Positions 26,206 through 35,594 are shown, counted from the first letter of the stretch. The stretch is DNA of 36,843 nt from Betaproteobacteria bacterium (GCA_043758735.1 JAYVMZ010000056.1:1-36843); one strand, 5' to 3'. Notes: generated by a model from the letters alone, not told the origin. Translations and numbers: made by a program.

Positions 26206-29076
26206 ATGCAATTAGGCAGCAATCTCAGCACGCCCGTTCCAGCCGGCAACTACTCCACGGAAGACAGCTCCGCCAACCAGGAAAAACAGCGCTACGCGCA
26301 GTACAAGATCATCCGGCGCAACGGCGCCGTGGTCTCCTTCGAGCCGGGCAAGATTGCCGTCGCGGTCACCAAGGCGTTCCTCGCCATCAACGGCGGCCAG
26401 GGCGCAGCTTCCGCCCGTGTGCGCGAGATGGTCGAAAAGCTGACTGCGGCCGTCATCAACGCGCTCATGCGCCGCCAGCCCAATGGCGGCACCTTCCACA
26501 TCGAGGACATCCAGGACCAGGTCGAGCTTTCGCTCATGCGCTCCGGCGAGCACGAAGTGGCACGAGCCTACGTGCTGTATCGCGAAGAGCGGGCGCGCGA
26601 GCGCGCCAGGAATCGCGAAGCGCATGCTGCGGCGACCTCCATCCCGAGCATCAACGTCGTCGAAAACGGGCAGCCCCGCCCGCTGGAAATGGAGCGGCTG
26701 ACCGCGCTGATCAAGGATTCCTGCGAAGGCCTGGGCCGTGCCGTGGATTCGGGCCTGATCCTGCAGATGACGTTAAAGGACTTATATGACGGCGTGCCCA
26801 TGGACGAAGTGCGCAAGTGCACCATCCTGGCGGCCCGTTCGCTGATCGAAAAGGATCCGGGGTACAGCTACGTGACCGCCCGCCTGCTGCTTAATAGTGT
26901 GCGCTTCGAGGTTCTGGGGGAGGAAGTGAGCCAGGCCGGCATGCATACCCGTTATGCCGATTATTTCCCGCATTTCATCAAGCGCGGCATCGATGCCGGG
27001 TTGCTCGACGAGCGCCTGAGCCGCTTCGACCTGCGCTCGCTAGGTGCGGCGCTGGATGCGCATCGCGATTTCAAGTTCGGCTACCTTGGCCTGCAAACGC
27101 TGTATGACCGTTACTTCCTGCATGTGAGCGACCGGCGCATCGAACTGCCTCAGGCCTTCTTCATGCGCGTGGCGATGGGGCTGGCGATCAACGAAGTCGA
27201 GCGCGAGGCCCGAGCCATCGAGTTTTACAACGTGCTGTCGAGCTTCGATTTCATGTCCTCGACGCCCACCTTGTTCAATTCCGGCACCCAGCGCTCCCAG
27301 TTGTCGAGCTGCTACCTGACCACGGTGTCGGACGACCTGGAAGGCATCTACGACGCCATCAAGGAAAACGCGCTGCTGTCGAAGTTCGCGGGCGGGCTTG
27401 GCAACGACTGGACGCCGGTGCGCGCGCTCGGCTCCCATATCAAGGGGACAAACGGCAAATCGCAGGGCGTTGTTCCTTTTCTCAAGGTCGTGAACGACAC
27501 TGCGGTGGCGGTGAACCAGGGCGGCAAGCGCAAGGGAGCGGTGTGCGCCTACCTGGAGACCTGGCATCTGGACATCGAGGAGTTTCTCGAGCTGCGCAAG
27601 AACACCGGCGATGATCGCCGCCGCACGCATGACATGAACACGGCCAACTGGATTCCGGACCTCTTCATGAAGCGGGTCATGGAAGCGGGGGAATGGACGC
27701 TGTTTTCGCCCGCCGATGCGCCGGACCTGCACGACAAGGTCGGCAAGGAGTTCGAAGCAGCCTATGTCGAGTACGAGCGCCGCACGAAATCCGGCGAACT
27801 GAAGCTGTTCAAGCGTGTTGCGGCGCTGACCATCTGGCGCAAGATGCTGACGATGCTGTTCGAGACCGGGCATCCCTGGATCACCTTCAAGGACCCCTGC
27901 AACATCCGCAGCCCGCAGCAGCATGTCGGCATGGTTCACAGCTCCAATCTTTGCACCGAGATCACGCTCAATACCTCGGAAAGCGAGATTGCGGTCTGCA
28001 ATCTCGGCTCGATAAACCTGGTTGCCCATATCAAGGATGGCAAGCTCGACCAGGAAAAGCTGAAGAACACGGTGTCGACCGCCATGCGCATGCTCGACAA
28101 CGTGATCGACATCAACTATTACGCCGTCAACAAGGCTCGCAACGCCAATTTCAAGCATCGACCGGTCGGCCTGGGCATCATGGGCTTCCAGGATTGCCTG
28201 CACGAAATGCGCGTGGCCTATGGGTCCAGGGAGGCGATGGAATTCGCCGACCGTTCGATGGAAGCAGTGGCTTATAACGCGTATTGGGCCTCCACCGAGT
28301 TGGCTGAAGAGCGTGGCCGTTACTCTACTTATGAAGGCTCGCTGTGGTCCAAGGGCATCCTGCCGCAGGATTCGATCCAGCTCCTGATCGAACAGCGCGG
28401 CGGCTACGTCGAAGTCGACAGTTCTTCGGCCCTGAACTGGGAGCCATTGCGTGGCCGCATCCGCCAGCTCGGCATGCGCAACTCCAATTGCCTCGCGATC
28501 GCCCCGACCGCAACCATCGCGAATATTGTCGGCGTCTCGGCCTCGATCGAGCCGACCTACCAGAACCTGTATGTGAAATCCAACCTGTCGGGTGAATTCA
28601 CCGTGACCAACGAGTACCTGGTCCGCGACCTGAAGAAGCTCAACATGTGGGACGAGGTCATGATCGCCGACCTCAAGTATTTCGACGGCAGTCTGGCCAA
28701 GATCGACCGCATTCCCCAAGAGATCCGCAGTCTTTATGCCACGGCTTTCGAGGTCGACGCGACCTGGGTGGTGGAAGCCGGCTCGCGGCGGCAGAAATGG
28801 ATCGACCAGGCCCAGTCGCTGAACATATATATGGCAGGCGCATCCGGCAAAAAGCTGGACGACACCTACAAGCTGGCGTGGAAGAGCGGCCTCAAGACCA
28901 CCTATTACCTGCGCACGCTGGGTGCCACGTCGACCGAAAAGTCGACCGTGCGCGGCGGTCAGCTCAACGCCGTGCCGACGGATGGCGGCGTCGCCGGGAT
29001 GGGCGCCGCAGAAGCGATAGGCGAGGAAGCGAAGTTCTGCTCGATAGACAATCCGGAATGCGAGGCCTGCCAATAA
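26206..29076 (+). CDS. nrdA: Class Ia ribonucleoside-diphosphate reductase alpha subunit
   Basis: 956 aa. It has an N-terminal ATP-cone (IIRRNGAVVSFEPGKIAVAV), the catalytic motifs NLCTEI and SCYL, and C-terminal Tyr-Tyr and Cys residues. A GAGGGAG Shine-Dalgarno sequence is present. Confidence 0.95.
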   Translation: MQLGSNLSTPVPAGNYSTEDSSANQEKQRYAQYKIIRRNGAVVSFEPGKIAVAVTKAFLAINGGQGAASARVREMVEKLTAAVINALMRRQPNGGTFHIEDIQDQVELSLMRSGEHEVARAYVLYREERARERARNREAHAAATSIPSINVVENGQPRPLEMERLTALIKDSCEGLGRAVDSGLILQMTLKDLYDGVPMDEVRKCTILAARSLIEKDPGYSYVTARLLLNSVRFEVLGEEVSQAGMHTRYADYFPHFIKRGIDAGLLDERLSRFDLRSLGAALDAHRDFKFGYLGLQTLYDRYFLHVSDRRIELPQAFFMRVAMGLAINEVEREARAIEFYNVLSSFDFMSSTPTLFNSGTQRSQLSSCYLTTVSDDLEGIYDAIKENALLSKFAGGLGNDWTPVRALGSHIKGTNGKSQGVVPFLKVVNDTAVAVNQGGKRKGAVCAYLETWHLDIEEFLELRKNTGDDRRRTHDMNTANWIPDLFMKRVMEAGEWTLFSPADAPDLHDKVGKEFEAAYVEYERRTKSGELKLFKRVAALTIWRKMLTMLFETGHPWITFKDPCNIRSPQQHVGMVHSSNLCTEITLNTSESEIAVCNLGSINLVAHIKDGKLDQEKLKNTVSTAMRMLDNVIDINYYAVNKARNANFKHRPVGLGIMGFQDCLHEMRVAYGSREAMEFADRSMEAVAYNAYWASTELAEERGRYSTYEGSLWSKGILPQDSIQLLIEQRGGYVEVDSSSALNWEPLRGRIRQLGMRNSNCLAIAPTATIANIVGVSASIEPTYQNLYVKSNLSGEFTVTNEYLVRDLKKLNMWDEVMIADLKYFDGSLAKIDRIPQEIRSLYATAFEVDATWVVEAGSRRQKWIDQAQSLNIYMAGASGKKLDDTYKLAWKSGLKTTYYLRTLGATSTEKSTVRGGQLNAVPTDGGVAGMGAAEAIGEEAKFCSIDNPECEACQ

Positions 29077-29326
29077 TGAGGGCGGCGCGCCAGGTCAACG
29101 CAACTGCAAGGCGACGGCTGACGTTCTGGTTGCGCCGCAAGCGAGAAGAAATCGTACGGCCCGCCGTCGTGGCGTGGTCGTTGCGGAGGAGTTGAGACTT
29201 TTTTGATGCGATGAACGGATCCATGCATCTTTCTTCGCGGCCTCGGGATAAAAAGGGGCCGCATTGCGGCCGAATATCAAAGAAGTATTTGACATTCCAC
29301 CGATAACATTTATAAAGGAACCATCG

Positions 29327-30463
29327 ATGTTGCAATTTGAAGATCACATCCCGAGCATCGGCGGTGCTGCATTGCAGCCTGTCGTGAATGTTCCGCCGGC
29401 GCGCATTCCTGCTGCCGGCAGCGCTACGTCTGCAGACGTGGTATCGCGTCGCGTGCGCGTCGAGGACAAGCGCATCATCAACGGCAAGGCCGACGTCAAT
29501 CAGCTGGTGCCGTTCAAATACAAGTGGGCCTGGGAAAAGTATCTGTCCGGCTGCGCCAATCACTGGATGCCCCAGGAAATCAACATGAGCCGGGACATCG
29601 CGACGTGGAAGGACCCGAACGGTCTGACCGAGGACGAGCGCCTGGTGGTGAAGCGCAATCTCGGTTTTTTCGTGACGGCCGACAGCTTGGCCGCCAACAA
29701 CATAGTACTCGGCACTTACCGGCATATCACCGCCCCGGAATGCCGCCAGTATCTGCTGCGCCAGGCCTTCGAAGAGGCAATCCATACCCACGCTTACCAG
29801 TACATCGTCGAAAGCCTGGGCCTGGATGAAGGCGAGATTTTCAACGCCTACCACGAGGTTTCCAGCATCCGGGAGAAGGACGAGTTCCTGATCCCGTTCA
29901 TCGAGATCCTGACTAACCCGGAATTCAAGACCGGCACCCCGGAAACTGACCAGCAACTGCTCAGAAGCCTGATCGTGTTCGCCTGCATCATGGAAGGGCT
30001 GTTCTTCTACGTCGGCTTTGCGCAGATCCTGGCGCTCGGCCGCCAGAACAAGATGATGGGTGCCGCCGAACAGTACCAATACATCCTGCGCGACGAATCC
30101 ATGCATTGCAATTTCGGGATCGACCTGATCAACCAGATCAAGATGGAGAATCCGCACCTGTGGACTTCGGAGTTCCGCGAGGAAATCCGCGGCCTGATCC
30201 AGAAGGGTGTCGAACTCGAATACCGGTACGCCGAGGACACCATGCCGCGTGGCGTGCTTGGATTGAACGCGCCGATGTTCAAAGAATACCTGCGCTTCGT
30301 GGCCAATCGCCGCGCACAGCAGATCGGACTTGATCCGCTTTATCCGGGAGCGAATAATCCGTTCCCGTGGATGTCGGAAATGGTCGACCTGAAAAAAGAG
30401 AAAAACTTTTTCGAGACCCGCGTGATCGAGTATCAAACGGGTGGAGCCCTGAATTGGGATTGA
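29327..30463 (+). CDS. nrdB: Class Ia ribonucleoside-diphosphate reductase beta subunit
   Basis: Diiron ligand motifs are present ([10 protein letters not shown], the RDESMH region). I chose the ATG at 29327 (AAGGAA upstream). 378 aa. Confidence 0.92.
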   Translation: MLQFEDHIPSIGGAALQPVVNVPPARIPAAGSATSADVVSRRVRVEDKRIINGKADVNQLVPFKYKWAWEKYLSGCANHWMPQEINMSRDIATWKDPNGLTEDERLVVKRNLGFFVTADSLAANNIVLGTYRHITAPECRQYLLRQAFEEAIHTHAYQYIVESLGLDEGEIFNAYHEVSSIREKDEFLIPFIEILTNPEFKTGTPETDQQLLRSLIVFACIMEGLFFYVGFAQILALGRQNKMMGAAEQYQYILRDESMHCNFGIDLINQIKMENPHLWTSEFREEIRGLIQKGVELEYRYAEDTMPRGVLGLNAPMFKEYLRFVANRRAQQIGLDPLYPGANNPFPWMSEMVDLKKEKNFFETRVIEYQTGGALNWD

Positions 30464-30891
30464 TCTTCAGGGCCGCAATGATTTCTGTGAAACCCGCGCC
30501 GCCAAAGGCCTCTTCAGGGGCGGCGCACTTGACAGGCTGAATGGGCAAACCGGACAAAGCGGTATTTATTTCATCACGAAACGTGTGTCGACCGGATTCA
30601 GGTCGCGGCACCAGGCTTGGAGCCGTAAGCTCCCCGCCCAAGGTTTCCTTTCCCTCTCGTTTTTGGTCACTGGCCGGCGATGGCGCTTTGTCGTCCCCGG
30701 CCTTTCTGCATTGCTTCCCAAAGAATCGCGTCGCGCACCGGGGCTCTGGTGCGCGGCCAACAGAACTGCCCGACGTCCGGAAATGCGGCCCACATGGCGC
30801 AGGACCGGGCATTGGCGGTAGGCACGGAGAAGAATCCTTCTTTGAAGTGCTGGTAGTGCCCGTTGTTTAACTTTCATTAGGAGAAACTGAA

Positions 30892-31275
30892 ATGGCAGCA
30901 AAGAAAAAGGCAGCAAAGAAGCCCGCTAAGAAAATGGCAGCCAAGAAGAAGCCCGCTAAAAAGGCTGCGAAAAAGCCTGCGAAGAAGGTAGCAAAGAAGC
31001 CGGCTAAGAAGACCGCGAAAAAGGCTGCGAAGAAGCCCGCAAAAAAGGCTGCTAAGCGCCCGGCCAAGAAAAAGGCCGCGAAGAAAAAGGCGAAGAAGCC
31101 CGCCAAAAAGAAGGCGAAGAAGGCGGCGAAAAAGCCTGCGAAAAAGAAGGCGAAGAAGGCCTCTAAGAAGAAGCCTGCCGCCAAGGCGGCTGCTACGGCA
31201 GCGCCTGCGGCACCGAAGCCCGTTTCCGCACCGGCGGCTTGGCCGTTTCCGGTAGCCGGCAACCGGCCTAACTAA
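30892..31275 (+). CDS. Lysine/alanine-rich histone H1-like (AlgP/BpH1-type) DNA-binding protein
   Basis: AGGAGAA lies 6 nt upstream of the ATG. The 127-aa product has eight PAKK motifs within an AAKKPAKK-type tandem array, then a proline/alanine tail. The antisense ORFs over it are low-complexity artefacts. Confidence 0.75.
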   Translation: MAAKKKAAKKPAKKMAAKKKPAKKAAKKPAKKVAKKPAKKTAKKAAKKPAKKAAKRPAKKKAAKKKAKKPAKKKAKKAAKKPAKKKAKKASKKKPAAKAAATAAPAAPKPVSAPAAWPFPVAGNRPN

Positions 31276-31457
31276 GCTTCCCATATGCTCGCGGGCAATC
31301 TGCATCCGCGACGGATACCAGGCGCTGAGCCGCGAGCTTTGGGATTCGCAGTACACACATAATGGCTGCACCTGTGAAGGTGCGGTTCAGTTAGGATTTA
31401 GAAGGTAACCCTCGCCGATCAAGAGACGGGAGGCGGGTTAAGTTCCTAACATTGACT

Positions 31458-31492
31458 TCTTGTCCCGAACGGGACGAGAGGGATTTTTCTTT
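31458..31492 (+). terminator. Rho-independent terminator-like hairpin
   Basis: The stem tcttgtccc/gggacgaga (9 bp, one G-U pair) has a gaac loop. After a 4-nt spacer comes TTTTTCTTT. It lies about 185 nt after the H1-like stop. Confidence 0.5.
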
Positions 31493-31607
31493 GCTATTGA
31501 AAGCTAAACGCTAAGCACTTCAAAAATTTGGCAAAATCCCGGCGCATGATGGTTCGGACGGGCACCCGGGCCGCGCCGGGATGATGCAGGGAATCAGCGG
31601 AATTGGT

Positions 31608-31637
31608 GCGGCGTAGCTTGTACGCCGCTTTGCATTT
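31608..31637 (+). terminator. Terminator- or attenuator-like hairpin upstream of the small membrane ORF
   Basis: The stem gcggcgta/tacgccgc (8 bp) has a gcttg loop and is followed by TTTGCATTT. It lies 59 nt before the ATG at 31696. Confidence 0.4.
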
Positions 31638-31695
31638 ACTGCGCATGGGCTTCGAATCGCAGCATCGAAGCGCAATGGCCGGGAGGGGGGAGAAC

Positions 31696-31884
31696 ATGAA
31701 AGCGCCAAGTCGAAAAACCGGTTTGCTCTGCCTCGTGATTTTCATACTGGCACTGATAGGGATGTTCGTGCCGCTAGGGCACCTGCCCTACGCCGGTGGT
31801 GCTCTCGGTCTGATCAACCACTACCACGAGTGGCTGCTGCTCGCGGGCTATGGACTGCTGCTTCTGGCTGTCTACATCCTATAA
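31696..31884 (+). CDS. Small two-TM membrane protein, 62 aa
   Basis: I chose the internal ATG at 31696, preceded by GGGAGGGGGGAGAAC. The translation is MKAPSRKTGLLCLVIFILALIGMFVPLGH...WLLLAGYGLLLLAVYIL. Confidence 0.55.
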   Translation: MKAPSRKTGLLCLVIFILALIGMFVPLGHLPYAGGALGLINHYHEWLLLAGYGLLLLAVYIL

Positions 31885-31910
31885 AAAACGGGGCCGGTCG
31901 AGACCGGCCC
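31883..31910 (-). terminator. Rho-independent terminator of the peroxiredoxin gene
   Basis: An 8-bp GC stem gggccggt/accggccc with a tetraloop is followed on the minus strand by CGTTTTTTAT. It lies 24 nt after the peroxiredoxin stop. Confidence 0.8.
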
Positions 31911-31933
31911 TGGTACCGTCAAGCACCGCTCGT

Positions 31934-32575
31934 TCAGCGATTCGGTTGCGGCGTAATGCGCAGGTAAGGCTTGATTGCCTTGTAGCCTTTAGGGAATTTC
32001 TGCCTGATCACTTCCGGATCCTGGATCGACGGCACGATCACCACGTCGTCGCCATCCTTCCAGTTCACCGGCGTGGCCACGCTGTACTTGTCGGTCAGCT
32101 GCAGCGAATCGATCACGCGCAGGATTTCGTCGAAGTTGCGGCCGGTGCTGGCCGGATAGGTGAATGTCGTGCGGATCTTCTTGTTCGGATCGATGATGAA
32201 CACCGAGCGCACCGTCAGGGTATCGTTCGCGTTCGGATGGATCATGTCGTAAAGGTTCGACACTCTCTTGTCGGCATCCGCGAGGATCGGAAAATTCAAT
32301 TTGGTGTTCTGGGTTTCCTCGATGTCGCCGATCCATTTGTTGTGCGAATCGAGCGGGTCCACGCTGATGGCGATGGCCTTGACGCCGCGCTTGTCGAATT
32401 CGGACTTCAGTTTGGCCGTGTAGCCCAGTTCGGTCGTGCAGACCGGGGTGAAGTCTTTCGGGTGGGAGAACAGCACCGCCCAGTTGTTGCCGGCCCACTG
32501 GTGAAAGTTGATGATTCCCTGGGTGGATTCCTGGGCAAAGTCGGGGGCGATGTCGCCCAAGCGAAGAGTGGCCAC
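31934..32575 (-). CDS. 1-Cys peroxiredoxin (Prx6-type)
   Basis: The GTG start at 32575 has AGGAGG 6 nt upstream. The motif FSHPKDFTPVCTTELG is present. 213 aa. The ORF-track start at 32791 is too far upstream. Confidence 0.9.
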   Translation of the reverse strand: MATLRLGDIAPDFAQESTQGIINFHQWAGNNWAVLFSHPKDFTPVCTTELGYTAKLKSEFDKRGVKAIAISVDPLDSHNKWIGDIEETQNTKLNFPILADADKRVSNLYDMIHPNANDTLTVRSVFIIDPNKKIRTTFTYPASTGRNFDEILRVIDSLQLTDKYSVATPVNWKDGDDVVIVPSIQDPEVIRQKFPKGYKAIKPYLRITPQPNR

Positions 32576-32693
32576 GTGTGACCTCCTGGTAGGTTTATGG
32601 ACTGGGAGCGTAACTTTACTCGCCGGCCCCCTATTCCACAAACGACTCGTTTTCCATATTTTTATGCCTGTGAATTCGTAATCGGGAGGGAGC

Positions 32694-32909
32694 ATGGACA
32701 GGAAAAACGTCAGTTCCAGTTCGATCCGGTCGGTCGGCTTTGATGAGCGCAATCGCGTGCTCGAGGTGGAATTCAACGACGGGCGCATCAACCAGTATTC
32801 GGGCGTCTCCGTGGAAATCCACCGCCGCCTGATGAGCGCGCCGTCGATGGTCAGCTATTTCCGCGACAACGTCGAAGAGTCTTTTACCGCGAAGCGGGTA
32901 AAAGGCTAG
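32694..32909 (+). CDS. KTSC domain-containing protein
   Basis: GGGAGGGAGC lies upstream of the ATG. The 71-aa product has SSSIRSVGFDERNRVLEVEFNDGRINQYSGVS.EIHRRLMSAPSMVSYF, the pattern typical of KTSC domains. Confidence 0.75.
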   Translation: MDRKNVSSSSIRSVGFDERNRVLEVEFNDGRINQYSGVSVEIHRRLMSAPSMVSYFRDNVEESFTAKRVKG

Positions 32910-33073
32910 CCGACCCATGGTCAGCGTTAGATTCGTCGACGCCAAGAGCGCCAAGAAATAATAGAAACGGAACAGGGTGCGGATTGGCACGGCATCGCTT
33001 CCACCTACGCTGCCATTGCCCAACCTCGCGCATCCTTACCCTATTTGCCTTCCTTTGAGACCTTTGCGTCAAC

Positions 33074-33101
33074 GCTCCTAAACGCTGGCCAGTGGCCAGC
33101 G
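33074..33101 (-). terminator. Hairpin directly after the stop of the 33104..33703 gene (weak terminator)
   Basis: The stem cgctggcc/ggccagcg (8 bp, 3-nt loop) begins 2 nt after the stop. Only TTTAGG follows on the minus strand. Confidence 0.4.
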
Positions 33102-33103
33102 GA

Positions 33104-33703
33104 TCAGCAGTCAGGCTCGCCTGCGGCAGGCCGCGGCGCGGGGTCGAAGCCGAATTTCTGGGGAACTTCGCCAGCCTGGATGCGGCCGATGGGCACGCGG
33201 ATTCCTGCGTAGTCGACATACACGCCGGTAGCGTGGCGGCGTGATTCGGTGTCGAAAGCACGCGCGAGCAGATCATCGCTGATCTTCTTGCCATGCAAGT
33301 CGGTGAACAGGCTCGATGCCCTTGCCAGATCGCGATCGTTCAGGACGCCCACCCCGGTTCCCCAGCGCAGGAGCAGCGAGCCGGCATTATCGACCCAGGC
33401 GCCAGAGACTTTCGCGATGGATTGCCCGATATGTGTCTCCAGCGCGGTGGACGCATCGCTGGCGGTATGCACGACGAATGGCGTGTACTCGAGTATCACA
33501 AATACCCTCTGCGGGCCATTCTGGAAAAACCACCGTCCCTGTTCGTCCTCGGCATAATTGCGGCCGATGAAGTCGATGACGCCGGTGTTTGCAATGCGGT
33601 CGCCTTTGATCAGCCAGTTTCCCCGACGGTCGAGGTGGAGCCAGCCGAATACATTCGGGACGGCCGGCCATTTGGCCATCGCCTGCATCACTATCGGGTC
33701 CAC
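33104..33703 (-). CDS. Conserved hypothetical protein (family not assignable from memory)
   Basis: Codon usage is clearly coding-like. I chose the GTG at 33703 (GGAG 6 nt upstream), giving MDPIVMQAMAKWPAVPNVFGWLHLDRRGNW.... The start is uncertain; the alternatives are ATG 33688 and ATG 33679. Confidence 0.6.
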   Translation of the reverse strand: MDPIVMQAMAKWPAVPNVFGWLHLDRRGNWLIKGDRIANTGVIDFIGRNYAEDEQGRWFFQNGPQRVFVILEYTPFVVHTASDASTALETHIGQSIAKVSGAWVDNAGSLLLRWGTGVGVLNDRDLARASSLFTDLHGKKISDDLLARAFDTESRRHATGVYVDYAGIRVPIGRIQAGEVPQKFGFDPAPRPAAGEPDC

Positions 33704-33937
33704 GCACCACTCCGACAAACATATGTAGCGCCGGACGTCTGATGGCCGCTCCCGCAAACGGGCGTTCCGCTAACGAGTCGCGACCACACATCCTGCCATT
33801 TGGCCATCGCCTGGATGACTATCGGGTCCATCGGGATGCTAAATTGACGTAATCTGGAGTCACGGCAAAATTGTACGCGCTGCCGAGTCCAGGTTCTCAC
33901 CATTCACCGATTACTGATCACCATTCACGGAACGATC

Positions 33938-34582
33938 ATGGCCCTGACCTTCTACTACGGATCCGGCTCCCCTTATGCGTGGCGCGTGTGGCTCGCGCTG
34001 GAACACAAAGGCATTGCCTACGAATTGAAGACGGTTTCATTCTCCGCCGGCGATCTTGCCAAACCGGAGTATGTGGCGCTCAATCCCCGAAGCAAGGTAC
34101 CGACGATCACGGACGGCGATTTTTCGATTTATGAATCGGCGGCGATCCTCGAATACCTGGAGGAACAATATTCAACCGGAAAAGTTCTTTTTCCGGGCAG
34201 CGTCAGGCAGCGGGCCACGATTCGCCGGCTCGTGCGTGAAGCCGATGAATACCTCGCGCATGCGCTGGAACGGCTGGTCGACCATGTCCTGTTTACCAAG
34301 CGGGAAAAATGGAACCTGCAGGAAATAGCCGCGGGCCGGGAAGCCTTCCTCAAGGAACTGGATAGGTTCGAAGGCTATTTGCACGGCGAATGGTTCGGCG
34401 TTGAATTATCCGCCGCGGACTTCACGCTCTATCCGATCATCGCGCTGTGTTTGCGCATGGAAAAGAAGAAGGATGACCTGAATGTAAGCGGCGTTATAGG
34501 ACCGAAAATTGCCGCATGGATGAGGCGCGTCGAAGCGCTGCCGTACTACGACAAGACGTATCCGCCGCACTGGAAAGCCTGA
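33938..34582 (+). CDS. Glutathione S-transferase
   Basis: The N-terminal thioredoxin-like GST fold is present (YYGSGSPYAWRVWLALEHKGI.YE, NPRSKVPTI.DGDFSIYESAAILEYL). 214 aa. Confidence 0.88.
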   Translation: MALTFYYGSGSPYAWRVWLALEHKGIAYELKTVSFSAGDLAKPEYVALNPRSKVPTITDGDFSIYESAAILEYLEEQYSTGKVLFPGSVRQRATIRRLVREADEYLAHALERLVDHVLFTKREKWNLQEIAAGREAFLKELDRFEGYLHGEWFGVELSAADFTLYPIIALCLRMEKKKDDLNVSGVIGPKIAAWMRRVEALPYYDKTYPPHWKA

Positions 34583-34677
34583 CGGCGGAGAAAAGGTTAA
34601 AGGGGAAAAGTGAAAGTAAGAAAAGCTCTAGTGCCGGGACTTTCAACTTTCACCTTTTCGCTTTGACCTCGCCCTCT

Positions 34678-34992
34678 TCATTTCCGCGTGATCTTCGCGG
34701 ATAGCGACAAACCTTCCCCGATCACCTTGAACAACCGGTCTATGTTCGGGTGTTTGCCGGGATTCTTTTCCGCATCGTTGGTATGTTCGGCAAACAGTGT
34801 CAGGCCTTCCATCGCTGCCGCGGTATTGATCTTCAGGTAGCGCTCAAGCAAATGGTTGTAGACCGCGAGAGACCCGGCCTTGCCGGGCTTGTTTTCGAGC
34901 GTGGCCACGACTTTGCCGCTCTCGTCGAGCAATTCCAGTTTCTCGATGCCCTCCACGCCAGGAATCTGCTTCAGGTTATCGGCAAACGCCAT
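34678..34992 (-). CDS. Small conserved hypothetical protein (DUF2322-like)
   Basis: ATG at 34992 has GAGGAG upstream; the first ORF-track codon is a TTG one codon earlier. 104 aa. The family assignment is from memory only. Confidence 0.55.
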   Translation of the reverse strand: MAFADNLKQIPGVEGIEKLELLDESGKVVATLENKPGKAGSLAVYNHLLERYLKINTAAAMEGLTLFAEHTNDAEKNPGKHPNIDRLFKVIGEGLSLSAKITRK

Positions 34993-35045
34993 CAATATCT
35001 CCTCGCATTGTTAAACGGCCTGAGTCCTATTCGCGCGGCTCAGCA

Positions 35046-35525
35046 CTATCCTTTGTCCCATTGGTCGTGCCGCTGCCGGCGCTCCAGCCGATAGTTGGTC
35101 ACTTCCAGGCGCAAGCCATCCGGGTCGGTGAAAAACGTCGCGTGATAATCGTGGGCGTATTCCGGGAAAATCTTCGGCCCGGATGCGTCGATTCCCACCG
35201 CCCGCAGCTTGCTGGCAGCTTCATCCACGTCCGTCGCGTCCTCGACACGAAAACAAAGATGATGCAATCCCGGGGCATACGGGTCGTGCACATGTTTGCT
35301 TCTGGCAGGGCGCAGAACATACCCGAAGTGTCGGTTGAAATACTGGACGTGGGAATCGGTGCCGATCGCGAAGGCGTTCTTCCTGAATCCCAGGATGGGC
35401 ATGACCCGATCGTAAAAGGCTTCGGAGCGGGCAAGATCGCTCACCGAGATATAGATATGGTCGATTCCAATGACTTCTGGCATGGGGCGGTGCAGCGGGC
35501 TTTCAGTGCCGGGATTCGGTAACAT
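35046..35525 (-). CDS. VOC-family (glyoxalase/bleomycin-resistance/dioxygenase fold) protein
   Basis: GIDHIYISVSDLARSEAFYDRVM..LGF and GLHHLCFRV...FFTDPDGLRLEV are present. The start is uncertain (ATG 35525 or ATG 35483). The ORF-track extension to 36032 is antisense to the next gene. Confidence 0.75.
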   Translation of the reverse strand: MLPNPGTESPLHRPMPEVIGIDHIYISVSDLARSEAFYDRVMPILGFRKNAFAIGTDSHVQYFNRHFGYVLRPARSKHVHDPYAPGLHHLCFRVEDATDVDEAASKLRAVGIDASGPKIFPEYAHDYHATFFTDPDGLRLEVTNYRLERRQRHDQWDKG

Positions 35526-35594
35526 TATGCCCAAACCGATGAATAACCTGCAGGGAGGATCTTTGGTGATCCAATTCAACCACGGAGCGGCGGC

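Noticed and set aside
29289-29316. TTGACA-N16-TATAAA just upstream of nrdB
   Set aside because: The -10 overlaps the nrdB Shine-Dalgarno sequence and would place the transcript start 3-4 nt before the ATG. It is more likely a chance match, and nrdB is probably co-transcribed with nrdA.
30867-31371. 131-aa and 164-aa minus-strand ORFs full of FFA/LLR repeats
   Set aside because: They are the reverse-complement reading of the AAG/GCC-rich repeat of the H1-like gene. They have no ribosome-binding site and are pure low complexity.
32985-32999. Sigma-54-like motif TGGCAC-GGCAT-CGCT
   Set aside because: The GC dinucleotide is again one position off and the TTGC core is absent. It lies between convergent gene ends.
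33691-33903. 70-aa minus-strand ORF upstream of the 33104-33703 gene, considered as an independent gene
   Set aside because: Only its last 46 codons follow an ATG, and they arise from the 36-nt duplication. There is no ribosome-binding site. It is reported as a duplication/uORF observation rather than as a gene.
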